A stretch of DNA of 55,675 nucleotides, the filler included, from Sphacelaria rigidula (taxonomy: Eukaryota), in NCBI GenBank assembly GCA_964200075.2. It is 5 parts of 5 records of this genome, joined end to end, with 100 filler letters (N's around TTAATTAATTAA, not from the genome) between each part and the next. Parts side by side here need not be neighbours in the genome. Positions count along the whole stretch, not along the records: positions 22,313 to 33,367 come from CAXNAA020005467.1; positions 33,468 to 44,521 come from CAXNAA020005468.1; 3 more parts are not named here. One strand, 5' to 3'. Below the pieces are notes generated by a model. The model did not search any database, was not told the DNA's origin, and was given only the letters and a program-made list of their open reading frames with translations. Both the position numbers and the translations under genes were made by a program. Positions 25,116-37,019 of this stretch are shown here, piece after piece; position 1 is the stretch's first letter; each line of letters starts with the position of its first letter.

Positions 25116-27640
25116 ATGAAGTGGAGTCAGCTTGCGGAAGGAGAAGAGGGAAAAGAAGGTCAGGAGGCTGTACATATGCTGGTGCAAAACCTTCTCAAGA
25201 CTGTTCTGGGTCGGAAATTCAGAGCGGCGCCCGACTTCAAGTTGGCCAAGGTGTTACAAACGCATGGAACACCCATGGCAGCCGTTGATTGTTTTTCTAC
25301 TCATAGGTTCTGCATGATGACCGAGTCTATGAGGTGTAAGCGCGAACAATACTGTGTGAGGGTGACGCTGTCAACAAATACCTATTGTCTCTTGCGTTGA
25401 GGTCTGCTATTATCCCTTGTGACGACTGCGGTTTTAAGCCCACGAGGGCTGCTACTGGGAACACCGCATACGTGAGTGCTGTAGCCACGAGCTGCGTGGC
25501 CTTCGAGACGTCGCCCGGTGATCCGTCACTCATCCAGGATCACCGCGGGCAAGGACAGATCGTGACCGCGGATGTCACGACGGGACCAGTGGGCCGCAGA
25601 GACAGGGATTAATGGGATGGTCACCTCTCCGCTTCGACGATGCAGCATTCCGATGTACGGTGGAAAAGAATCGCAGGCGAAGGTGGTGACATCGACACCT
25701 GCTTGAAGCTCGAACTCGGACAGGTGAAGGGTTCCTCCATTGTGGTGTACAGTTGGGCGGAACGGCTAAGCGAACTTGTTGCTGTATTTTTCACACGTCG
25801 GACGCGAGCACGAGTGTGACTCGTGGCACTCGCACTCGCTGGGCTGCTCGTTAGCCGTAAAAATTAATAGGGCGAGCAGTCGAGTCATTGCTCGTCGTGA
25901 AAAAAATTAGTAGGGCGAGTACTCGAGTCCTTGCTCGTTGTGGAAAAAAAATAGTAGGGCGAGCACTCGAGTCATTGCTCTTTGTGGGAAAAAATGAATC
26001 GGGCGAGCAATCGAGTCATTGCTCGTTTTAAAAAAAGTGATGACTGAAGCACACGAGTCATGCTCGTTGTGTTTTGAAGAAACATCCACGAGTGCACCCG
26101 TTCCGACGAGTAATGACTCGTCCGACGTGTGGTATTTTTGTCCAATGTACCGCGAGGTATTATCGCCTGCGCCAGTGTTGTGTTGGAGATTGAGCACGTG
26201 TTGATCCGGACCGCCGTCGCGCGTGGAAGGTAGAATCGATGCAAGTTACACCACCCCCCTCGGAGGAATTGTTGGTCAACTTTTCAATATACACTGTTTG
26301 GATCCCGTGTGATTTGATGTGTTTTCGTCTTCAAATTACAAGGGCTAGGGCAACAAGGAAATTCATCTTGCAAGCGCACTAGGTATGAAGGAAATACACT
26401 TTCTACGATAGCCCTCCCCTCAAAGCCAGCCCAAAAGTGTCTCGAAAAAAATGGGCATACAGCACCTGATATTTGGGTTCAGGCTGCATGAAGCGCCTCA
26501 TTTGGCGACAATGGCGAGAACGAACCCAAGCGTGGGAATTCTCAGCTGCTCGTTGTGCTCGGCTGTTTCGATTTCGATGCACGTGACGATTTTGCCTACC
26601 CCAACCATGCACTTTTGGGGGGGCGGGGGGCTGTCGTAAAAAGTGTCGAATACTCATGTATTCCGCGATGGAAGACAAGCTGTGTGCAATACCCGTTCCA
26701 CCCTCCGTATCTTTGCCTCGTGGTCGAATATATCCACCCCCAGGTAATATCTACCACGCAGAGGGAGCTGCAAGAAGTGTTAAAATACCTGTTCATGCAG
26801 CTAGGCAGTACCAAGAGCTGGACGGGCTCAAAGGTCGTGATCAACCGTCTTGCGGACATCTGCCGTGTGGATGAGAGGGGCGCAGCGGCGGCTTATATGG
26901 TCGCCGGCAACGAAGAGACGTTTCGGTTCATGTACTATCTGATCCAAAGTAATCCAACCCAATATCACTGGCTCCGAATATATGTCGGTGACTGGCACCT
27001 TCTTCATCACATTGCGAAGGCGATAATGGCGAGATTTTGGGAACGGGGATAGAGCACATCGCAGAGGCACGTGGTATCGACGGGAGCAAAGCATCGGAGG
27101 CGGGAAACTACCATGTTTCACCCCATGCCACCAGCGTGTTCTTCGAAACCATGTGAGGAAAAATCGTGGCCGTGTACTATTCGGAGCTTGATCCCTGCTT
27201 GGAGAAGGCGCATGCCGCGGCGGGCGCCGTCGCGGAAGCACGGGACACCGCCGCAGCACCAGCCTTGGGACACGCGGGAGAGCCAGTACGAGCATCGAGC
27301 GCAGCGGCAAACCGACCCGCTCCATCCGACGCCGTCGCTGAAGTACAGCCTGAGGGCACGGCCACTGCATCGCCTCTGCAAAATAATAATTGGGCGGGGC
27401 CTGCACTCGGCATCCGGCCAGCGGCACCCTACGCCATGGTAACAGCACCGGGCTCTGTGGTGGCGACAGAAAGTGCCAGCACGAATCAGCATTCGTCGCC
27501 ACCACCAAACCTTCCGTCGTAGGCCCGAAGTGTCGGGGCGAGCGCTGCACTGCCGTGGCCAGGCACGATATTGCGGGCGTCGGGGAACCGATATTCTGCA
27601 TCCCCCATGCCCATGCGGGCGTGGTAGATTACCGCGAGTG
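25116..27640 (+). pseudogene. Degenerate DUF6589/Academ-like DDE transposase with a downstream EsV-1-7-like Cys/His motif
   Basis: Ordered motifs across frameshifts: LQTHG...CFSTHRFCMM; IIPCDDCGF; MVAGNEETFRFM...YHWLRIYVGDWHLLHHIAKAIMARFW; GIEHIAEARG...NYHVSPHATSVFFETM; then KCRGERCTAVARHDIAGVGEPIFCIPHAHAGVVDY (27528-27632). Family recognised by eye only. Confidence 0.6.
25792..26131. mobile_element. MITE with CACACGTCGGAC TIR, 8-bp TSD and internal ~42-bp tandem array
   Basis: CACACGTCGGACG...CGTCCGACGTGTG flanked by GTATTTTT (25784-25791, 26132-26139). About four units of AAAAAA..TAGGGCGAGCA.TCGAGTCATTGCTCGT at about 25858-26035. Confidence 0.85.
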
Positions 27641-28849
27641 TGGACGAGGGTTGTTCGTATTCGATGCTAACATAATGGATCCACGGCGAACCGTCGAAGG
27701 GAGAAGGCGAGTGGAACGACCAACGCGTCGAGGGCAGCTGCCAGCGTGAGTCACGGCAACACCCGCGGCCGTGACGGCGGGATTGTGCTGAGAGAGGGGT
27801 CGGATCCGAGCACATCCCCGAATATTCGTTATTTTTGCGACGGTATGCGTGAAGACTATAGCAGCGTCGGGTCAAGAAGTGCAGCCGGCAACTGGATTGG
27901 AGATTCAGATCCGGAATGCAGCGGGTCGGAGACAGATGACCCGACAACGAAGGCAGACAAGAACTATGATTATTTCATATTTCGATTGCGCCCGATGGAC
28001 GACTTGTAAATATTTTTTCTGTTTGTGAAGTGCACCCTTCTTACATCTGCGGTTCGTCAAGATTTGTCATCTCCAGGAGGTGGCCATAGGGCTCGCCTCG
28101 TGTACATGGCAATGGTGTTCTTTGCATGGCGCAGTGCGCCCTTTCGGGCACAAGTGTGTTGGGGTTGGTCTACTGACGGCCTTGGGCAAATCTCCGATTG
28201 TGCGCGAGTGTAGATATTAACGAAAACAGAACGAATTTCTTGACAATGTAGGTCCAACTGTGAACCAAACCACGATCTCCAACTTTATCTTTTTTTGGTC
28301 ATGGGCGCAGCGGTCTGTGGGTGGTATCCACCGTGGTCCGACACCGCGCGAACTGCCGGTAATCGTTGCTGTGACGAGTTGTGATGAATGCTGGGGGGAG
28401 GAAAGTCCGAACGCGTTCTTCACTGCTTTCTATTCAACAAGGTCCATACTGAACTACTCTGCAGCGCAGCGGATGGTCGATGTGACCCCCTGACCTTCAA
28501 ATCGTACTATATTTTCCTTTCGCAGTACCACCGCCTTGTGATGCGCAGGAGTAACGGTCTCGCAGGCGGCGGAAGCTATCGGCGCAGTATTTTTGCCTGT
28601 GCACGCACGTTTTTTGCGCGGCGATCCCCCAAGCACCCTGCTCGCGCCGTCCCGGCGACAATGCCATGCACATTTTTGTAACGCCATTCCAAAGTTTCAC
28701 TGCAGCGTTCATGTTTGCACGCATGACTATGGGTCAGGGATGCCGACGTAGGAAAGTTGAAAATGAAGAAAAACAATAAAAAAAATGTACTACATGGAGC
28801 TGATATATAACCTTATTATATCACGACGGAACGAAAAAACAGAAAAATC

Positions 28850-28922
28850 TGTTTGTCGGGATTCGAACTCGAGACCTCCATAACTGGAGTCTCCTGTATC
28901 ACTTGGATGAATCAAGGGGCGC
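28850..28922 (-). mobile_element. tRNA-like SINE head (different family)
   Basis: The reverse complement ends GAGTTCGAATCCCGAC (B box); no intact cloverleaf. Confidence 0.45.
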
Positions 28923-29060
28923 AGCGGTGTCACACGAAAAGTGCTCGGCTGCGCCCCATTTGAGGTATTTTCGGCCGAAATTTTACCAGGATCTCCTGCA
29001 CGCAAGTCAAGCGCCCACAGCGTGTAAGAAGGTGTCGCCGTATTTCTTGATTTTCACGGA

Positions 29061-29082
29061 GTTGTTGTTGTTGTTGTCGTCG

Positions 29083-29134
<52 letters not shown>
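29061..29134. repeat. (GTT)n microsatellite
   Basis: Run of GTT with a short GTC interruption. Confidence 0.95.
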
Positions 29135-29239
29135 CTTCACCTAAAAAAACATTCTGATATCTGCGCGGTACATTCGTACTGGGCATCTGATGCGGACGCC
29201 TTCATTGGTTACAGGAGTATATCATTATAGTATTTTTCC

Positions 29240-30325
29240 TAGGGCCGTGAAGTAGCTGTTCTGGCCAGTTAAGTTAAAACTGGCCGCGCCAGTGGCCAGT
29301 ACATCGATTGTTTTTCAGTTAATCGGCTGCGCCGATTAACGGGAAAACAATCGGCGGCGCGCGCCGCCAACGGCCCCCCCCGGCTGGTGAGGGAGCCCCG
29401 CGCGAGCGCCGCCGGAGGCGAGAAAAATGGCTATATTTGGCTTGTTTTTCCTTCAAAAATGTGGAAAATTGTAGGAAATGTGACCCCTGACTCTGAGGAG
29501 CTACAAGCCTTGGATGACACAGGAGTGCCCGACAAAAAAACTCCGAGATCCTATGTACCCCCCCCCCTGCGGTGGTCGTAGGATTTTATTTTCTTCACAT
29601 TAAGAAACACTCATAAATAGCCATTTTGGGGCGACTTGGGTGAGGTAGCGCCCATGATTGTTGGCTCTATTTGCCACCACAAGATGCCACGCACGTTGGA
29701 CCCCAAATTGACGGTGCAGATAGTTGCGTCTAGCTTGATTGAGCAAGCATTGCACAGCATTATGGTATTTGTCTGGTCTTGTTCTTGTCGTGTAAGTGTG
29801 ATGTGCAAGGTATCGCCGAAACCCATAAATAAATATAACTTGGCCTTACTTAGCTCAGAAGGTAAGCGAAGAATTAGCACACGCGGCCATTTGGCTACAT
29901 CCCAAAATGCCTCCGGAGAGATGCGCGGCCCTCCAGGGGGAAAACAAGCCTCCCGAGACCTTCCACCCCTCTAGAGGCAAGAATAAGCCTCCGGAGGCGT
30001 TCAATTCCTCTGGAGGGAACCAAAAATTATCCTCTGGAGAGCCGCGCACCCCTCCGGAGGCGTTTAATCCCTCTGGAGGCTCGAAAAGTGTACCCACCTG
30101 GAGGAAATTTGGAGGTAGCCAAATGGCCGCGTGTGAGAACTTCATGGACACGAATTTTCTATTTTTTCTTGTATGCTCTTCATTTTATTTTATTTTTATT
30201 TCATTTCATTTTTCTTTTTTTATTATGTATAAGATTTAGTACCCCCCTTTCCCATTCTTCTCTCCACCCTATCCTCACTACGTTTCCCTTGAATCCGCAA
30301 TCTGAGGTTCACTCTTTCNNNTACT

Positions 30326-30360
<35 letters not shown>

Positions 30361-31067
30361 TTTAATTTTTGTATCCCCCCCCCCCCCCCCCCCGAAAGAC
30401 TCTAGGATTCAAAAAAGGGGCATAAGGTCTCGGATTTGTTTTTGGGCAATCTCGGATGACATTCGAATCCCATTCAAAGCGGTGAGCGATTCGAAAACCA
30501 TTAATCTGTAATATGCAGCAGCATACTCTCCGTGAGGAGAGGAGGATGCAAACAAGCCACGGCTGGCAGCACGCGGAAACAAGAGCGCAAAATGGTTGAC
30601 GTCCGGATCCACAAGCACGCATGCAGTTAAATTGGAAGCCACGGTGTACTTTGTATTTTGTGGTCGCGGATTATTACCGTTTGGGTGCTATTTTTGATTC
30701 CAGATGTATGCCGTGCTATGAAACTACAAACCTGGCATATATCCACAATATCACTTCGACGAGGTGTAGTGACCACCAGTACTGTACTGTACTGTCTGCA
30801 CCTGTACTGTGGTCAGGTTCAGACCCCAATCTTGTTGCCCTTTTGTTCGTAATCATGTCATCATCTTTGTTATAAACGCACCTTACTAGAAATGGTATAA
30901 ACATAGCCGGTAACGGCGAACTTCAAATAAAAAACCGGATAAACTGGAGTCTTTCTGGATCATGCATACTTTTTTCACTTGAAATTGATGCCGATTCAAC
31001 AGAAGACTAACCTCGCGGTCTAAGGGTTGTTAATTGCCAGTATAAACTGGTCCAGTTCACAGCCCTA
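29240..31067. mobile_element. Non-autonomous hAT element with 8-bp TSD and nested insertions
   Basis: TAGGGCCGTGAA ... TTCACAGCCCTA with an exact TSD ATTTTTCC at 29232-29239 and 31068-31075. Confidence 0.9.
29878..30135. mobile_element. CACACGCGGCC MITE (CMC/EnSpm-like, 2-bp TSD AG)
   Basis: 21-bp TIR CACACGCGGCCATTTGGCTAC, internal CCTCCGGAGG palindromes, AG on both flanks. Confidence 0.88.
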
Positions 31068-31494
31068 ATTTTTCCTGTTTTTTTTTTCTGAAAGTCTAGA
31101 TAGCGTCAACTTTCTGATGTTTTTTGTATCGGCACCGTTTTACAAGCTGCGCGTGTTTATTTATTATGACAGAAAGAAGTTTCGTGTCAAAATTTCAGCG
31201 CCTAACAATAACTCTTCGAATTACCAACCGCCTGGTCCGTAAACATATTCAAAAGTCACTGTCAGCTGGCCCAGCTCGTAGCATGAAAAAGGGGGGGAAA
31301 GCAGATCGCGCTCTCGTCGCGCTCTACATTCTGAAAAGGGTAGCTGGAAACTGACCAATACAACCCTTGTTGTCAGAGAATTATTCAGTCGACACAGCGC
31401 CTTAAAAAAGAAAAAGAAGCAAGCGGCCATAATACAGACGGGGTTGGAGTGACGTGTAACGTAACAACAAGCAACGAGATACGGTACAGTACCG

Positions 31495-32524
31495 ATGAGT
31501 GCGGCTCAGCGTGCCCTCACAGAGTATGACACAGCAGAGAGAGCGGGTGATGGAGGAGAGGGTGGTGCAGCAGAGGCGGCTGCTGGAGCAGAGGGGTCTG
31601 CTGGAGCAGAGGGGGGTGCGGTCGCAGGGGGGGGTGCAGCCTCTGGCCGCGCTGCGTCGCCATGTGCCGCGCCTGCACGTGGCCGCTCTGGATCCTCGCC
31701 CACATCCTCAGCGTCTAGGCGGTCGAGGTCCTCACGTGATCCGTCATCAGCATCTGCCGAGAACCCCAACAGCAGCAGCGGTGCTTTGGCATTGAACCCC
31801 CCTGACTCCGAAAAGTTTGTGCTCGAAAATATCGAGCGGAGGAGGGTAGACGTCGCCGCGGGCAAGCACCGCACAGGCAACCTGTCGCCGCTGTGGGGGC
31901 ATATGATCCTCTTCGCGCCCGCGATGGATAGTGGCAAAAACGTCCTATGCGGAGTCTTGACTGCGGCGGGACAACGCTGTGGACACCTGATGCGGTACAT
32001 CTCGAAGAATGGCACGGGAGCAATGACAAATCACATGAAACGACACCACAAAGAGTTGTACGAGGTGGCTATGGCGGCGAGCGCACACTCCTCTGCAGCT
32101 CAGCAAGGAAGGGAGCAGACGTTGGCGGAGGCGTCAGCGCCAGCAGCCGCTACACAAGAACCGGCGACAGGAGGTTTGTTGTTTCTCGAAAATATCGAGC
32201 GGAGGAGGGTAAACGTTGCCGCGGGCAAGCACCACAAAGGCAAGCTGTCGCCGCTGTGGGAGCATATGATCCTCTTCGCGCCTTCGTTGGATAGCGGCAA
32301 AAATGTCCTATGCGGAGTCTTGACAGCGACAGGAAAACGGTGTGGACACCTGATGAGGTATGTTTCGAAGAACGGGACGGGAGCAATGACAAATCACATG
32401 AAACGACACCACAAAGAGTTATACGAGGTGGCTATGGCCGCGAGCGCACACTCCTCCGCGGCACAGCCAGAAAGGGCGGGGGCGTCAGCACCAGCAGGCG
32501 CTGCAGAAGAACCGGCAGGAGGAG
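31495..32524 (+). CDS. Exon encoding two tandem BED-type zinc fingers (hAT transposase N-terminus or ZBED-like gene)
   Basis: ATG-initiated uninterrupted frame with SPLW.HM...C.(9).C...GTGAMTNHMKRHH twice (363-bp duplication, units start 31822 and 32185). G|GTATGC donor after 32524. Confidence 0.75.
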
Positions 32525-33014
32525 GTATGCTGTCTCTTCGTTGTTCTGTAACGTGTACAGCAATCGTGAAACCGTATGCCCATCAACACGCACCATGTAC
32601 CCTGACTACCAGGTATACCTATTGTATAGTGCAAGTAAGTGATGAAATGATGCGCAATATGCGCGTGAAAGTCTATCGTTGCTGCAGGTGCCGTACAGTA
32701 CTCGTACAGCAGTTTTCAGTATAATAGTAGAACATCCATGCACGCTGCAGCCATGGACAACAGTAGAAGCACTTTCTGTACTTCTTCTTCACTGAACGTA
32801 CACGGTGTTCCACAATACAGAACTTGACGTTTACTTCACCTCTGTCGGGTGCACACGTACGCTGACTGCAGGTACACAGCACTGTGCTGTACTAGTATTT
32901 TTCTACGCACGTACAGCCTGTACGAGCTGGGCCAGCCTGAAAACGGATTCAAGCTCGAAAAGCAAAATCTCATCGACACAGACGAGTTGGGCCGTGATCC
33001 GCACATCGTATTAA

Positions 33015-33367
33015 CCCTTAGACAGCGACCTCCCTACTGGTAGACTGAGGTAGACACTGCACTTTTTGGGTTCAAAATCATTCCTTTGTCACAACTCAAA
33101 ACGCCTACTCTACGGCGGAAGGGACTGGGAGTGCATAAGAGGTACATAGTTGCGTCATAACACGGACGGTGGTGTGGTTGTCAACCACCTGATTATTACG
33201 CCTCAGGGCGTGTCTTGTCACTTTGGGGGGGATCGAAAACACAAGCGGTGGAATTGAGTCAAGTGAAAATTTCTCCTTTTGATGCAGTTGGGTCCGGATG
33301 CATTTTCAAGCTTTCGATCGAAAAAAGACAGGGAAAATCGTGAAACGGTACATGGTCTGTACTGTTC
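33015..33367. mobile_element. Left end of a piggyBac-type element (runs to the contig end)
   Basis: TTAA|CCCTTAGACAGCGA, the same terminus as the 19539 MITE. Confidence 0.65.
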
Positions 33368-33467
33368 NNNNNNNNNNNNNNNNNNNNNNNNNNNNNNNNN
33401 NNNNNNNNNNNTTAATTAATTAANNNNNNNNNNNNNNNNNNNNNNNNNNNNNNNNNNNNNNNNNNNN
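33368..33467. other. Artificial contig linker
   Basis: N44-TTAATTAATTAA-N44. Confidence 0.98.
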
Positions 33468-34392
33468 GTCCCGGCTTTGTAGGGATACGAGGTCAATGGT
33501 CTTACGACTATGACATGCATGAACATGAGTACACCCCATATTTGGAAGGGCACAGCAGACTCTCAAGTGTCAGCATGCACTTGAAATTGTTTTCCACGCT
33601 CCGCTCTGGCACACATACACGCATGCCTTGGGACAAGTAGGAAGAACCGATGGGCTATCGAGACCGGCTCTAGTGACAGCAGTCCTCAACCGTCTCGAGT
33701 ACCCGGGGCCGACGGTCAACCAACAAAGGAAAGTAAAAACATGGACCCTCTCCCACGCCGCCCTCCATTCTCTCATGTCCCCGGGATGACTTTGCGTTCA
33801 CTCGTGGAAATACCTAACTACAGCAGCAGAGCCGCGGCAAGACGCCAATGAGCGCCGATTTGCGCGAGATCATCCCACCCAGGTGTTCATCACCAGCGGC
33901 GAACGCAAACAAGGTGGGAGAAATGATCTGGAGATGATGAGGGTACGGGTACGGCTATGGGTATGAGTACGGTTACGAGCACGCGCACGGGCACGAGTAC
34001 GATCCGGGCACGAGTACGAGTGCGATCCGGGCACGGCTCACGATTGCCGCTGCTGTGAATCCTTTTGGTGTTTTGTTCGCAGACGGTACCGCGATCACAT
34101 TACCCCGCAGATACTCGATCATTTGAACGGTGAATAACCCTAGGTAGATACCTCGGTAAAATACGGCGAATACCGTGAAAAAGCCGGGCATCCTAGAGAT
34201 ATGATATCCTACCGTAACCTCCTTTTCAATATGTTGACGTACGTTTGAGTGTGGACAACATGCACATCGATTTCCGCTGATAAGATACATTGATTTCCGG
34301 TGATGAGATATCGCGGCGTTTTTCGTTTGCCATGCCCTTTTTCCCCCGTGCACATTATGCCCGCATGGAAAAACCACGTCGTCGACCTTCAG

Positions 34393-34541
34393 CATTAGAC
34401 GACGACGCCAGGTGTGCAGTCGGAGTTGTTGCTCCAAAGGCCGAGCGGAAGGGGAAATCGCGCGAAGAGGCTGAGGGGAAAGGAGGCCGGCAGGGGACGA
34501 ACACACTGCTTGGGGATTTGCCGTCTCTGGAGAGAAAAACG
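34393..34541 (+). CDS. Probable exon, possibly an upstream part of the U-box gene
   Basis: TTCAG acceptor and ACG|GTAATA donor (phase 0, compatible with the 42661 exon). Encodes ALDDDAR...AEGKGGRQGTNTLLGDLPSLERKT. Confidence 0.45.
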
Positions 34542-37019
34542 GTAATAACATATTATCTTGGGGCGCCATTCGGCCATTTCAATACGTGTCGTCCACTTGA
34601 AGCGGCCTTCACGTTCTTACAATTTCCATGTGCTTTCCCAATGCACCCTCATTTTTCGCTGTGATTTCTCCACTTATCCCATGCTTTAAACATTCGCTTT
34701 TTTATTCGTGTGTTTTTAGTGCATCTCATATGCACGGCGTTATTTTCGCCATCCGCATTCTTCGTGTGGACCCTCTTTCGTCTCTGGGGAAATAAGCAAT
34801 GACGTACTTCTCGCTCTTCGGTGATGCCCGCAGAGTTCGAGGACGACACACAGAAAAACATGGTCGATGGCATTTAATGGTAGAAGCAGTTGGGGATACT
34901 ACGTCGCCACGTTTTTCGGTACATATTGCGCCAAAATATAAGCACACGCGTTGGGACTATTTTTCAGAAGTCACTGGCATGCCTCTGAATGATCTTGTCC
35001 CCTATTCTTGTGCCCTGGGCAACGACGCCGATCGACGCACATGCCAACCCGTTTTTTCAGACAACGCTGAGTCTGAGTCAACATGTACATGTCAGTATGT
35101 GTGGAGAGGTTGGTTCATCTGTACCCTGCGCGTATGCATATTCTACACTGACCATTTCCCCGGAACAACGTGCAGCCAGTCTTGACCAGAAAACAAAAAG
35201 TGCGAATGCCTCGAAACGTTCGTATTATGACCCCTTCACAAGGCAAGGGTTCAGTTGATTGAGAGAGTGGTGAAACGAACCAGGGCTTAGATCACCGTCT
35301 CGCGAGAGAGGATTTAGTGAAGTCACGGTAGTGTTCGTATAAATATCACCCCATCCCGCACCGATCCATCCCCGCCTGCCCACCCGCCCAGGACCCTGAA
35401 GCACTGGCAGACCTTAAGCAGCAGAGAGTGAGGGTAGACTTGGGACTTCCGAGTACCGCCAAATCGCTTTCTTCTCGGCTGAAGGCGCACGATGCGGAAT
35501 TCTCGTCGTCTGTGCGTGCCGAGAAAGTAGCGGCAGTAGTCCTGAGCTCCAAGGCGGGGGAGCGAGAGGTTCGCGGTGCAGGAGGCGGGGGTAGGGAGGA
35601 TAGGCGGCAGGGAGAAGGCAGGGGTGACGAAGGGTTGCCTCGTGGTGGCTTCGGCGATGCGGACGGGTGCGTGCCGAAGGTGAGGGACAATAACCTCACG
35701 TTACGGTCGCAGTATTCGAAGAGTTTGCTGTGAAGTCAGTTCTGAGCGAAGTTCGTTATGAACGCAGAGGAAAAACAACCCGTCCTCTAGCTGGTTTCTG
35801 CTGCATTTCATCCATCTCTCTGAACCAGCTCGAAGTGTACACAGTCCGCCTATTCAGTAGATCAAAGACAAACACCATTTGATTACCGCCAAACGTTACC
35901 TCACTAAAATTACCCGAAAAACTGCACATATTGTTTTACAAAGAACTTGACCAACCTGATATAAATTGTTGAATCATGTCTCGATTTATAATGCGTTTAT
36001 GGTTTCAACGGTGACACTAGAACGATGTTTCGCTGTCCGCCGATAAATACTGCAGAGGGCGTCCATAGATAATCGTAATTCAGGTGTGAATTTTTCCGGT
36101 CTTGTGACCACGGCTGGATTCCTACGGGGAAAAGAAATGTGCGTCAATAACCTGTCAAGTGATCAAATCATTTTCTACCTCTAGTTTTACGCAAGCTGCT
36201 GTCCTCGCTGGGCCGCATCGATCAATCTACCGACATGCCTTTTACCTGTATCTCTCAGCAGGAAGAAAATCGACACATTTCGAGAGAGTAGGGCCGTTAG
36301 TTTTTTCCGCTGAAAAAAAGCTGCAGCAGGATGAAAACCACAAAGCACCACGTAGATACCGCTCGTACAGGTATAGGTTAGTGGAGCCGCGACCACGCCG
36401 CGCTGATTTCAGCAACGTACTTGATTATTCACGCTTTACGAAAAAAATTACGCGGGACGAGTGAGTACAGACTACTCGGGATCGATACACTATGTACGCA
36501 CAGGAATTAATACCCACAGCGCGAAGACACGGGTATGTCTGTCTTCACACAAGGGTATAGTGCTTAAGATGCCCTTTATTATCGCGCATGGTCCCTCCAG
36601 GATTCGTAATTCTACCCGGCACGCCCCCCCGCGGGACCTCGGGATCCAAGGCGGATACATTTCTGGGGCTTTCGGTTCCAGGAGGAACGCCGCCCGTCTA
36701 GTAATGAGCATAAAAGCACGGTATAAGTTTTTTTCTGGTTAGTGTATATTTGTCCTGATTGGAGGGGCAACCCTTTCTCCTAGCAAGAGGCGGACAGCAA
36801 GTCCATGCGGTGCTTTTAACAGTACTTTAGGGTCAGGGTTTGTAAACCCAGCACTGTGGACGTTCCTCGCGGTTATTGGTGTCCTCCGACGTCTCGAACT
36901 GGCCCGCCCGGGAGTTGTACCTGTCTGGCGGCAAGTAAATGGCTCACTATGACCATCATTTCAATACTACTACTGATGCAACTTGAACAAATGACACCTT
37001 TATGCCGAAGCTGGGAGTC

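Noticed and set aside
25858..26035. CRISPR-like array of palindromic ~42-bp repeats
   Set aside because: The units abut with only A-tract linkers and no unique spacers, lie inside a TIR/TSD-bounded MITE, and no cas gene is present.
26828..27601. 257-aa minus-strand ORF
   Set aside because: Antisense shadow of the GC-rich + strand transposase linker; no motifs.
28903..29157. Poly-Leu, poly-Cys and similar ORFs (also 20257-20811, 42126-42574)
   Set aside because: They are translations of microsatellites.
32525..32724. C-terminal part of the 409-aa ORF
   Set aside because: It follows a GTATGC donor and composition shifts to intron-like, so it is likely read-through.
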